From assembly GCA_032718475.1 (NCBI GenBank), contig JAUCBJ010000981.1, positions 23,308-87,307 on the forward strand: 64,000 nucleotides of DNA. Direction: 5' to 3'. This stretch comes from Nemertoderma westbladi (lineage: Eukaryota; Animalia; Xenacoelomorpha). The position numbers and the translations under genes are program-made. The notes beneath the pieces are model-generated. The model was not told where the DNA came from and ran no database searches. It saw only the letters and a program-made list of their open reading frames with translations. The stretch's first letter is position 1. Each line of letters begins with the position of its first letter. Positions 12,717 through 25,015 of the stretch are shown piece after piece.

Positions 12717-14086
12717 TTTCATAATGTTCTGGATACATTTTTTTTAATGTGCCTTTAGGAGATCCGTAGGTTGAGGATTTTTTTGCAACTAATTTATGAA
12801 TAACATTTATCCTCAGGGTAAAGTGTCGTATGTGTGGAACTTATTTATAAACTAAATGTATTATCCCCTGCTGTGACTAATTTAATTGTCTGGATGCATT
12901 ATCTGTATTCCTACCACAACACACTGAAGTCCGGCGTTATGACAGCAAACCAGTTCCTACAGTTTATGGTTCATATTATGTCTGCATGCTTATTGTAAAA
13001 TGGTACATTAGGCTGGAGGCCTTTCATTGTTCAAACAGTTTTGATTTAGTTTGATCTACAACTAATTGAAAGTGACATTAAATCGGACTGGAATTATTAG
13101 AATATATTTAACTTCATTGAATGCCTCTGCTTTCTCTTTTCAAAATATCCATGATATTATTTTTTCGAATATTGATCTGATATTGCAGAATGTACTGCAT
13201 CTATAACGACCACATTGGACATCATGGCATAAAGATGTTACACTCGATAATATCACTAATACTGTTGTAATATTGATAATACCCAGATAAGGTATTCACA
13301 TATAGTATGTGGGGGTGTATGTGTAGGTGTACTTTTACATGTATGGCTGGATAACTAGAGTATAGTCTGGACTAATTTTACTAGCAAAGAGTTTCCCCCA
13401 CGGATGATATTAAATCCTCCTAGTTAACCTCGGGATCGATATCATTCTAATTTGTTCTACCCGCTAATTTTATACCTCGTGTATCAACTCTGTACGGCCC
13501 TACGTACGTACAGTCTATTAAACACAATAACCCCCCTCTGATTAGTAATGCGGACTATTAGAGGCCAGTGGAATTTTGACACAATTGGCCTCACAGGCGT
13601 CAGTTTTCTCCTGACCGACTGCCTGTCTTACCCCCTACTGGAGTGAGAACAGCCAAAAATTATTTGAGTCCCTTTTCTGATGACGTTTCTGGCTCAAACC
13701 GTGGGTCACCAGGGAGGCCAGATTGTGATGGGGAGAGGGATTCTGGAGTTGGAGGCTACTCTCATGTTCCACCCCGACCAACAAAGCCATTGGTGAATGA
13801 ATCTGAGGGAAGTCACTAGACTAGCCTCAGTAAACACCCTAACACTCGGGTCCCCAATGCGACAAGGTGAGCTGACTGCCTTGGCAGATAAGCTTTATCT
13901 TAGCGCAGTAGTGGGTATTCAATAGCACCGAATGCAGACTGGACAGACTGATAAGGTTCTGATTAAGGGCATGGGGGCGGTTGGCGACTCGCCCTCGCAT
14001 CAGCAGATGATAGTGGCAATGGTGGAATTGGTCTATTGATGAATCCAACTTAACATGCAGCATTGGACAAACTAGACCAAATCTCT

Positions 14087-14540
14087 AACCGCATCACGTA
14101 CTGGTTCAGTATGGGTACACCCCTCACCAAATTGAATCTGTTTTTTTTATCAATTTTGTCTGGATATATGTGGCTAACGACTAATTGAAATTAGCTTAAT
14201 ATATAATTGTCTGGATATATGTGGCTAACGACTAATTGAAATTAGCTTAATATATAACCGCATCAGGTACTGGTTCAGTATGGGTACACCCCTCACCAAA
14301 TTGAATCTGTTTTTTTAATCAATTTTGTCTGGATATATGTGGCTAACGACTAATTGAAATTAGCTTAATATATAATTGTCTGGATATATGTGGCTAACGA
14401 CTAATTGAAATTAGCTTAATATATAACCGCATCAGGTACTGGTTCAGTATGGGTACACCCCTCACAAAATTGAATCTGTTTTTTTATCAATTTTGTCTGG
14501 ATATATGTGGCTAACGACTAATTGAAATTAGCTTAATATG
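14087..14540. repeat. 169-bp tandem repeat (~2.7 copies) with an internal ~51-bp duplication
   Basis: aaccgcatca(c/g)gtactggttcag at 14087, 14256, 14425. Confidence 0.92.
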
Positions 14541-15334
14541 ATATATTCTAGAACACAAATGAAAACGTATAAAACTATAATCACTTCTACCCTTATATAT
14601 ATTACGGGATTAACCCTGTATCCCTTCAAGAATCCCAAAACCAATATATCACCTTATTAGCCATCAGCCGTATAACGGCAGTAATTATCACCCTACAAAT
14701 AAGGGTACTGTTACCTATATAGTAAGGTCAAGGTAGCAATAGGGTCCAGCAGCCAAACCAAAGAAGTATCACGTGGTTGCGCAATCTATCATATGTCATA
14801 CAGTAAATGTATTGTGCATATATATATTCCTTTCCCAGTGTACATAGATTGTATGGGGAGAACCCTTCGCGATCCTCCAATTATTGTGTTATTGTCCAGC
14901 TGAGAGAAAAACAGTAATCAATTACTTTAATTAAGCGATTTAACCATACATAAACTGCTGCCACCTAATGAGATTAGTGGCATGCAGAACCAATCATTAC
15001 ATTACAAATTCTGATTCTTAGCTCTCCAGTCTGTGTGGTGCCATTGTTTACACAAGCCCTGACTCTGCGGCATTTACCTCCTTGTGCGTGCGTCTGTTTC
15101 TTACTTTTATACTGTCATTAACCATTATATGCGAAGATAAAAACAAACCCAGTTGAGTTTTCACTGTGATCCAGAGCTATTAAGACCCCTTCTACCAGTT
15201 ATACTTCATTGTATTTCCACCCTCATGGTATCTAGGACGCAAGCAACTCACACTACATCTACCAGCCTATATCCCATGACAATATACATATACATCCCAT
15301 TTACACCTATACATAGGTTATGTGAACGCACCCT

Positions 15335-15580
15335 TAAACACTAATTATGTATATATTCAAATATTAAACACTAAGTATGTATATATTCAAATATTAAACA
15401 CTAATTATGTATATATTCAAATATTAAACACTAATTTGCTTTTTTCTTTTTGCTTCTGTCAAAAATCTTTGCTTTTTTTTGCTTTTTGCTTTTTTGCTTG
15501 CTTTTTTGCTGCTTTTTGCTTTGCTTTTGCATGTATATATTCAAATATTAAACACTAATTATGTATAATATTCAAATATT
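15335..15580. repeat. 30-bp minisatellite interrupted by a degenerate (TTTTGC)n tract
   Basis: aaacactaattatgtatatattcaaatatt x3, then the T/GC tract, then the unit resumes. Confidence 0.85.
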
Positions 15581-16648
15581 TAGTTATAAAAGTGTTAATA
15601 ATTGTTAAATGGTTATAGTAGTACAGGCTCCAGCCTATGACCCCATAGGAATTTTATATATAACTGAGTTACCCTACATAGATGTATAACATCTAGTACA
15701 GATCTATAGTACGGATATGGGACATTAAAAAAATTTGGGTAGACTTCACGAAATGGTTGCGCTCGTTTTTTAGGTGGTCTTAAACATAGAAACGGAGAAA
15801 ATTGCCATAGCAACAGCTCTTATAGTAGATATGACGAGTTAAAATTTAGGAAAGATTACTATTTTGGATATGAAGAATTAAATGGCATATTTCGTTTTTT
15901 TTAAATACAATAGCAACCACGTGAAAACTACCTTCGAAGTTAGCAGTATTGACAATATCCTTAGCAATGGGCTTTAAACGGGTGTAATGCATTTCCAGTA
16001 GTCGAAGCGTCATCGGATCAGAGTCAACCACCAATATATCAACTCTAAGGAACAATATGCACAACTTGCTTGCTTGCAGTTGCCATGGCAATGGGTTACT
16101 TTGGCTAGAAACGGGCTCTATATTAGCTGTAGCGTCATTATATCAACCTCCACCCCAACTATATCGAGTATAAGGAAAAATAAGCAATATGTTTCAGTTT
16201 CTAGATGCCAAGGCAACTTGTCAGAATTGTCAAAAAAGTTGTTTTCATATCACTTAGTTGTTTGACTACATAAAAGAGCGAATTTTGAAAGATAAGTGAG
16301 GTTTACATGTTACGTATATTTAAGAGATATTACATTAGTCATCACTTATGCCCTACTGTAACATTCTTAAATAAATGAAATTACATTGTGTTAAGAATTG
16401 CAATTACGACAGTAATCAGTGCACATAACACCGTTAGGCCTGCAAGAACAGTGCGCATGCCAGCCGCTAAGGGGCTACATATGTAATAAACGTTGCTTCA
16501 AGCTAAGTTCTATTCAAGCTAAGCTCAGTTCAAGGTAAAACTTAGCATATATGTACTAGATCATGGTCAGCGGTATACATTTCTTTCTGTGTAATTGGTT
16601 TGTAAAAATTAAAAAATCTATCTGAATGCACCTGTAAGGTGCATGGAA

Positions 16649-16741
16649 TGCCTCATTTTAGAGGATGGAGGTGAGGTGCATGCCTCATTTTAGAGGATGG
16701 AGGTGCATGCCTCATTTTAGAGGATGGAGGTGCATGCCTCA
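16649..16741. repeat. 27-bp tandem repeat
   Basis: tgcctcattttagaggatggaggtgca x3. Confidence 0.9.
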
Positions 16742-17199
16742 CTTTACACTAATTTACACTCCTATTTAGGGCAACACAAAACACTAATCCAAATCAAAGC
16801 AACCTATCGAATTGCGTTGTAATTTATCCTATGTTTCTCGACCTTTTGTCAAGTCTGATTATAATTTTGATATTTATTATTTTCTGTTCATTCGGGTTCA
16901 TAAATTTTCAGTCTATTTATCTGTGGCCGTATGTGAGTAAATTAATTACCGGAAGCAACACCAGCAGTTATAGTATTTGCAACGTAATGACGCAGTGGGT
17001 GGAAAGAAATTATGTGACAATTCCTGAATTCTGAATCTCTGAATTCTGATATCACTGTGTATTCAGCAATCTCGGGTAACGTGAATCAAAGGTCCAAAGT
17101 TCAAAGCATTATTACTATTACTCAGGAGGATATCTTAATTCGAAACAAATGAGTATGGTTAGTGCGATTTGGAATAACATTGTAAAAGTTTATATAAAA

Positions 17200-17242
17200 T
17201 CCGGAACGTTTCGTATAGTTACTTTACACATCATCAGCCGAA
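17200..17242 (-). ncRNA. Minimal type I hammerhead ribozyme (Penelope-like variant)
   Basis: Minus strand reads uucgg CUGAUGA u gugua-aaguaac-uauac GAAA cg UU ccgga: 5-bp stem I, 5-bp stem II, palindromic ACGU stem III, GUU cleavage triplet. Confidence 0.7.
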
Positions 17243-17307
17243 ATAACAGTATAATTATGACTAAAGAAATACAGATAAATGTATTAAATAGAGACTCTAA
17301 AAGTGAA

Positions 17308-18232
17308 GATGTCCTTAGATCATTGTAATGATGATGGGGTGATGATAACTCCACCTACTGGCTCCAGAAGTCGAGGAAATCCTGCCAAGTACCTAACTGA
17401 TCTAGACTTTGCTGATGACTTAGGAGTACTCTCAGAATCATTAGAGGGAGCCCAACGGCTCCTCAGCTCATTAGAACATGCTGCTTCTAGTGTTGGTCTT
17501 TTTATTAACTCCAGAAAGACCAAAATTCTGACAGTTAACTTTGAAAGTCCTCAGCAAGTCTCTGATCGGATGAGCATAAGCTCAAAGGATGGTATGCTTG
17601 AGCATGTGGGCGACTTCTGTTACCTGGGATCATGGATCCGGAAGTCAGGTGAGGACCTTCGAATACGTAAGGGAAAGGCATGGGCAGCCTTGAATAGGCT
17701 TTCCAGGATTTGGAAGTCCCCGAGAATTAATCGAAAACTTAAGGTCCGATTATTTAGAGCAGCAGTAGTTCCAGTACTCCTCTACGGGAGTCCATGCTGG
17801 GCTCTAACTGCTGAGGACACCAAATATCTGGATGGCACATTCACAAGAATGCTACGCCGGGTTCATTGTGTCAAGTACAATGCACACATCTCCAACGAGA
17901 CACTATATAACATTGGAGGTGTCTCATTGGTTCCCCCAAGCTTGACACTAGAACAAAATCGCCTCCGCTTTGCAGGACATTGCTTTCGCCGTGAGGACCA
18001 GCCAGTGCATAATCTTGTACTTTGGCAGCCTCATGGAGTGAATAAGCATGGTGGACAGCCCATGACTTTCTTGAGACGCATCTTAAAGGACACTGGCCTT
18101 AAAGATGCGGATGATCTAGCAAATGTCATGGGTGATAGGGAGTTGTGGCGGTGCAATTTTGTTGACAAGCCGGCACAGCATTCTTAAAAATGCAGCTGCA
18201 ATGCAGCATGCCGATCCTAGTAGTAGTAGTAG
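17308..18232 (+). mobile_element. RTE-clade LINE family A, 5'-truncated
   Basis: ORF 17303..18187 with LDFADD, FCYLGS and RLRFAGHC; (TAG)n tail; TSD TAAAAGTGAA at 17298-17307 and 18233-18242. Confidence 0.92.
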
Positions 18233-19154
18233 TAAAAGTGAAACGGAATGATAATTATGTTTATTATATTTCAACTTTTCGATGTGGGTGCCACCTCAAA
18301 ATTTGGTCCCCAGCAGAAATTTTTTTGAAATTTTCGAATTTTACAAGGTCATTTGTGAGTTAGTAATTCTTTATGTTGGGGCTTTTTTTTATTGATTCTG
18401 ATTCGTATCGAGCACTCTACTACTCTATATAAGTATGTAAGGGAAGTTGTACGTCATTTTTGGTGCACTAAAATTCGGGTGTGGCACTCCAAATTTTCAA
18501 AATTGCAATATTTGTTAAATACTCCGAAGTTTTGATTTCCATGCATTTTTATGGTTTTTCTGGCCTGCTTAATCGATTGAAAGTAATATCGAAGATTCAA
18601 TTCTTAGTGGTACATCATTTTTGGTGCACTAAAATTTGGGCATGGCAAGTAGGCTTACTTCAAATTTTCAAAATTACGATAATTACGATTTTATTATTAA
18701 TTCGGAAATGGAATATAATCACATTCGATTCAGGGTAGTGAAAAACCTACTAATGCTAGCCAACAATGCCACACTATCAGTTTTTATAATATCTAAAAAT
18801 TTGTATATTTGTCCTGGGACTACTTATATTTTTCGTGAAAATTATTATACCCACCTTATAAAATTTTCATTTTTTTGGATTTGAAAATGTTCTTCGATAA
18901 TTTTTTCACCTACAGCCTAAATTTCGTAGGATTTTATTGGATGATTACAAAAATACAGTGGGGGGGGGGGGGGGGGGAATCTACCCACCGCCAGTGCTGC
19001 TAATGGTCTAAACACCCCAGTGGTAATGGGGTTTAATATTAGAATAGTAAATAAAGAACGACAGATACAATACTGAATTAATTATTATACTGTAATGACA
19101 TTGAGGACCGTACATAGGTGAAATACAAATACAGAATTTTTATAGAAAATATGC

Positions 19155-20307
19155 AACAGGTAAACACGAAGTGGGGCCTTCGCGCAGCACGTGAAATGAG
19201 TTAATGCTAAGTATCAACTCGAAAGGATTATAAAAACATAGGAGAAGATTTTCCCGGAAAACGTTAACCCTCTAGCGGGAGACTGGGTAACTGAAGAAGG
19301 AAGGATTAGTTTCCCTACAAAGCCACAGCCTATGGTCTATTACATATCTACCAAGTTTCCGATTGACGGATCATAAATAACGAAATGTTGGAAGGTTTTC
19401 ACTTTCATACATTTAGCCCTCTAGCGGCATATTAAAGAACTACGGATCGATCACCTTCCTCACAAAGACGAGGCATGTGGTCTAGTACATACCGGTACTG
19501 TATATTCCAAAATTCAGCTTAAATAGATTAAGATCAAGGAATTCGCGAAGGTTATCACTTTCCTACATTTCGCCCTCTAGCGGCAGACTCGAAAACTCCG
19601 GACCGATTACTGTCCACACAAAGACTTAGGATGTCTTCTAGTACATATATGACAAGTTTCAGCGTAATCAGATCATAAACAACTAAATGGAAGAATAATT
19701 TCACATTCGGGACATTTCGCCCTCTAGCGGCAGACTGGAGAACTGCAGACAGATTAGCCTCCTTTGAAATTTACAGCTAATGGTCTAGTACATACTTCCC
19801 AAGTTTCAGCTTAAACGGATTAAAAGCAAAGAAATGGGTGGCCATTTAATGTTTAGACATGTGGCCCTCTACCGGCAGACTGGAAAACTTCGGACCGATT
19901 ACAATCCACACAAAGACTCAGGATGTCATCTAGTACATATATGACAAGTTTCAGCGTAATCAGATCATAAACAACTAAATGGAAGAATAATTTCACATTC
20001 GGGACATTTCGCCCTCTAGCGGCAGACTGGAGAACTGCAGACAGATTAGCCTCCTTTGAAATTTACAGCTAATGGTCTAGTACATACTTCCCAAGTTTCA
20101 GCTTAAACGGATTAAAAGCAAAGAAATGGGTGGCCATTTAATGTTTAGACATGTGGCCCTCTAGCGGGAGACCATTGCACTGATGGTGTCTGAAAGTCTC
20201 TCAAAAATCTCAACTTTTGCTCATATTGATACCTACAAATTTTCAACTTGGCAGCTTTAAATCCGACAAAGTTATTAGCATGTCAAAATCGTAACGACGA
20301 CGACAAC

Positions 20308-20357
<50 letters not shown>

Positions 20358-20440
20358 AACTATTTGCATAAATTGACCCACCCCCTAACAGTGTCAATTC
20401 GCTAAGGCTCCGCCAACTTCGTGGCTCGCCCCACACAATT
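19155..20440 (+). mobile_element. DINE-1/HINE-like (Helentron-associated) element with central ~147-bp tandem repeats and (GAC)n
   Basis: Subterminal cacgaagt (19165) is inverted as acttcgtg (20416); central repeats include a near-exact 292-bp dimer; microsatellite at 20294-20358; the 3' end gctaaggctc...cttcgtggctcgccccaca is shared with 21009-21042. Confidence 0.65.
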
Positions 20441-20779
20441 CAGTGATTGGGCTGGAATAGCAATACTGGTTGCCTCTATTACAATTCCTCTCAGGTTAGT
20501 CTACAGCCACAACTCCCAGCAGCTAGCTCCACACCAGCAGAGACTTGACCAATAATGGGAAGGATTAAATTTGTACTCAATAATTGTGCGGTTTAATTAC
20601 GTTTAGATCAATTAAAGACACATTTATTAAAGCAAATCACTTAAACTAATTAAAAACTATAATAGAATGGCGTATGGGGATTATATCTGTATAATTTTTA
20701 AGTATAATTATTTAAATCTTATACTGTAAAACAATTAATTTCCTTTAAAAGGCAGGTTGAAAATGGCGTTTTCACCGCA

Positions 20780-21045
20780 ATCAACTTAATTAACTAATTA
20801 ACTGCTATTATCTTAGCTTCTCGAAGGCCACACGGAAATTCTACTTGGAAAATTTCTAAACTTTTGCCAAACAACATGTGTACCAAGTTTGGATAGATTT
20901 CATCAAAGATTGGCCGAGTTATTAACGTTTAAAATTGAACACGACAGAACGACAGAACGACAGAACGACAGAACGACAGAACGACAGGTTGATTAATGGT
21001 ACCACTACGCTAAGGCTCACTCACTTCGTGGCTCGCCCCACATTA
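20780..21045 (+). mobile_element. 3' part of a second HINE-like element with an (ACGACAGA)n microsatellite
   Basis: 8-bp microsatellite at 20941-20987 followed by the same 3' terminal motif as 20401-20436; left limit approximate. Confidence 0.6.
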
Positions 21046-21132
21046 TAAGAAAAATATTAGAAGAAAAATTAATTAAGTGTACCAGTACCAATGTATGTAT
21101 TTGTATAGCTCAAACAGTTAGTAGACTTAAAG

Positions 21133-22290
21133 TATGCTTCTTTGACACTACCTATAGAAACAGGGGACTTCACACCTGCCGAACTCCAAAGAAGCATTAA
21201 AAGCATGTCCAATAATAAAGCGAGTGGATTAGATGAAATCCCAGCGGAGGTATGGAAAACCGGAGTGCTAAATAGACCATTATTGAATGTTTGCAACCGG
21301 ATGTTAAAAGGGGAAAAGCCACCACCAATTGGACTAAAGGTCAACTAAAGCGTCTCCCCAAAAAAGGAGACCTCGGCATACCAACAAACTATCGTGGGAT
21401 CTGTCTGCTTGTGGTAGCTGCCAAAATATACAATAAAATGATTCTATATAGGATTAGGCCTCACATAGAGAAACTACTGCGTAAGAGCCAAAACGGATTT
21501 CGACCAAGTAGATCAACAATAGCTCAGATACTTGCACTACGGAGACTGATTGAAGGAATTAAGTCAAAGAATCTCCCCGCAGTCATGACTTTTGTGGACT
21601 TCAAGAAGGCATTCGACTCCATCCATAGAGGTAAAATGCTTGAAATCCTAAGAGCTTATGGAATACCAGAAGTAATTGTTGCTGGCATTGGATTGTTATA
21701 TTGTGACACAGAAGCGCAGGTACTCTCACCAGATGGTGAAACTGAGTTTTTCTCAATCCTGGCTGGCGTACTGCAAGGTGACACATTAGCACCATTACTA
21801 TTTGTAATTGTGCTGGATTATGCAATGAGGACGGCCACAAAGGGTGAAGATCTGGGATTCACACTTCAAGAACGCAGAAGTGATATCCGGCAACTACAGT
21901 CACAGACACCGACTTTGCGGATGACATCGCCCTGCTCTCTAATACGCTAGCAGATGCACAGCTTCTACTAAATAAGGTGGAGAGGGCTGCTAAGGAGGTT
22001 GGATTGCATATAAATGCTACCAAGACCGAATTCATGACCTTTAATGTTGATGGAGACTTGACAACCATTGATAATAATCAACTAAGGAAGGTCGATGACT
22101 TCCAGTACCTTGGATCATGGATAGAGAGTAGCAAAAAGGACATAGAAGTTAGGAAAGCAAAGGCTTGGGTAGCTCTATCAAAAATGGATACCATCTGGAA
22201 ATCAGATCTCTCCAGGCACCTGAAGACTAAGTTCTTTCGAGCCACAGTGGAAAGTGTAATTTTATACGGGGGTGAGACCTGGAAACTATC
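21133..22290 (+). mobile_element. RTE-clade LINE family B fragment (RT), frameshifted
   Basis: KASGLDEIP, NYRGICL, QNGFR, VDFKKAFDS, GVLQGDTLAP, DFADD, FQYLGS; nearly identical to 56190-57208. Confidence 0.92.
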
Positions 22291-22572
22291 TGGACTGTAC
22301 TAAATCACATTGGAGGTGTTCAATTAGTCTCCCCTAGCTTGACACTTGAACGGAACCGCCTCCGCTTTGTAGGACATTGCTTTCTCCGTGAAGACCAGCC
22401 AGTGCATAATCTTGTGTTTTGGCGGCCTTATGGCGCGAATAAGCATGGCGGACAGCCCATGACTTTCTTGCGACGCATATTAAAGGACACTGGATGATCT
22501 AGCAAATATCATGGGTGATAGGGAGTTGTGGCGGCGCAATTTTGTCGACAAGCCGGCACAACATTCTTAATG

Positions 22573-23145
22573 ACACGAAGGAACATGTTGTTTCTCTGTT
22601 TCCAAATAATTTTACTTGCTTGATATTGGTCTGTCAAAAACATAATTCGTTCAACTCAAAATTATATTTAAGAGACCGGATCATGCTGAACATGGTTGTA
22701 TAAAATGCCTTCCTATTATTTTATTTTTATTATAATTAGCAACCATGCACTAGACAAATTATCTCATATAGTGTTGCTAAGGAAATGATTGCTTATTTGA
22801 TCTGGAATGCAATACTATTTTGTTTATTATGTATGTGTGTGTGTGTTTAACTGGGTTTTGGTGTAGTTAGTTTGATTAACATGTGTCCTGCACGGGTTAG
22901 TGTAGCTGATGAGCCAAATCCCGGCGAAACACATATGCAAAAATGTAACCAATGTGATAATTTTACTTACAGTATTTAAACAGGGTTGCGCTTTGTGTCC
23001 CTGCTTAAATAAAACGATGACTACTTACGGTTGAACAGATAGGAACATGTTGTTTCTCTGTTTCCAAATAATTTTACTTGCTTGATATTGGTCTGTCAAA
23101 AACATAATTCGTTCAACTCAAAATTATATGTAATATATATATATA
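22573..23145 (+). mobile_element. Retrozyme-like non-coding insertion: a 462-nt unit plus an 89-bp terminal direct repeat
   Basis: Exact repeat at 22579-22667 and 23041-23129; (AT)n tail; candidate TSD TAATG (22568, 23146); contains a hammerhead. Confidence 0.7.
22881..22934 (+). ncRNA. Type III hammerhead ribozyme
   Basis: augugU C cugcac-ggguua-guguag CUGAUGA gcc-aaauccc-ggc GAA Acacau: all three stems pair, the core is complete, and the GUC triplet predicts cleavage after 22887. Confidence 0.92.
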
Positions 23146-24489
23146 TAATGTAGCTGCAATGCAGCATGCCGATCGAAGTAGGGGCCGCATTCAGGCACAT
23201 TGAAGCCATCATTAGTCTCTACTCTACATAATAATTTACAGTAATTGAGAGCTCACCTTCTTGCTCAAACTAATGTTGTTGACAGTTATAATGAAACATC
23301 ATTATAATTTCATATTAATTTTCTAATATTTTCACTTATTGTCAATTATAAATTATATAAATTTTAATGCATAATGTATTTAATTTATGTATAGTATAAG
23401 AAATAAGAAATATATATTTTTTTATAAAATTTATTATTGAAATATCAACTTCAATGTTGAGGGACTTAAATAACTATGTTAATTATTTTAAAATGTTGTA
23501 TGAATCATTAGATAATAAAATAGTAAAATTTGGAATTAATGATATTTTCTCCATCAGATATACCAACATTCTGAAACTACGGACTTTCTTTCAGCAGCTA
23601 GAAAGACATTCCACCCAATGAAAATGCGAGAAAATACAGAATAAATTTCAGAAGCAGAAAGTGAACTTACCTAATGATCAACCATCTCCCCAATTGATTG
23701 GCTAAAGCTACACTAATACATTATATATTACATTATATACATTATATATCAATTATATTATATTGCACAAGTAGTACTTATATTTGAACTATATACATTT
23801 TTATAATCAATAATAAATTATTAGTCTGTCTGTAGAGATAATAATTCACTTATGACCCTCCGCCTCCATATTACCCCCAACCCCATGTCCTGGAATATAG
23901 TATCTTTATTATGTGATACAAATTGTAATTATTGATACACTACTTTTATGCATTCTTAAGGATATCAAGAAAGTAGTTTGGGCTCCTGACTTAGTAGTGG
24001 ATGAGAGCGCCTTTTACACAGCAGTTACTGTTTTAATTAATAAGGCACGATTTCACATCCACCAGAGGATACAACTCAGCTATTTTATCCAAATTCTTAT
24101 ATTTCGATATTATATTTTTGAAAAACATGGATGGTAAACATTCTATTATAACCAATAAACCACTATAAAATTTAAGAATAAAAAAAACTGATGTGTAACT
24201 GGTTCAATGTCGTGAAGACGTTTTTTTAAACGCTTGTATCTAATCATCGGACTTTTTCAAAAAACGTCTTTCTAAAGATAGGAGAAAATAAAATTTGTAC
24301 TATACTACACTATATAAAAACTTTTCTGTTTCAAATGTCATGATCTCATGAAGATTTCTATAATTTGTTTAGGTTCATGAAACTAAATTAAGACACACTA
24401 CATGACCTCTCAACTCTGTTCATAGCTGGCAATATGTATTTCCTAAGTTGGTTATTAGGTGACATTATATTAGTAATATCACCTTCTCA

Positions 24490-25015
24490 ACTGTAATTGG
24501 TAAAAAGCCACTTTCCCCATTTTCCGCTGGGTAGTGCAGGGAATTGCATCCGCTTACACTCCCCCCATGCTATCTTCCTGGTGAGAAGATAGCATCAACC
24601 TTAAGTGCGCTTCAATTCCGCTGGAATCCAATCTAGTATTGGATGTGGGGTGGAATTTTCTTCTCGGGGTCAGCTTTCCAGACTGGCCCCCCTGGGTCTG
24701 TTTTCACTACCCATCCTTGGTACATCTGCGAGCTAAGTTGTACCAAGGCATCTGGCGTCTCTGTTTTAGACGATCGCCCTCACCCCTCACACAATTTTAT
24801 GTGTCGGACTTTGTTGTCCGTTTCTCTCTCACTAATCCCATAGGACTTATCCCCCTCCACGCTCGCTCCCCACTCTTGAATCTCGCACTCTTTACTTCCC
24901 AATACCCCAACACATCCTCCCCATGCTCCTCCCACACTCAACCCATCTCATTCTCACTCACTTCTATTGGGCTTCACATTCTCGTTTATGCCGTCGCACT
25001 CAAGAAGTGAGGTCC
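24490..25015 (-). mobile_element. Older related LTR element remnant (LTR edge, PPT, 3' internal region), target of the 25016 insertion
   Basis: ccgcttaca|ctccccccatgctatcttcctggtgagaagatagcat parallels 25557-25602; left limit approximate. Confidence 0.75.

Larger units (their letters stand above)
11560..19032. mobile_element. piggyBac-like non-autonomous ends, possibly one element filled with later insertions
   Basis: TTAA|ccctattagtaccggg at 11556 and cccagtggtaatggggt|TTAA at 19033; both ends have poly-G tracts nearby; the TIR match is only partial. Confidence 0.4.
22305..23181 (+). mobile_element. RTE family A 3' fragment, split by the insertion at 22573-23145
   Basis: 22305-22570 matches 17911-18187; the tail tagctgcaatgcagcatgccgatc resumes at 23151. 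Confidence 0.85.

Noticed and set aside
13670-13725. Possible hammerhead (ctgatga on plus; gaaacgtc on minus)
   Set aside because: The core halves are not on one strand with a pairing stem II
24205-24255. Degenerate hammerhead on the minus strand (ccgatgat...aaaacgtc)
   Set aside because: Two core positions are mutated and there is no stem I
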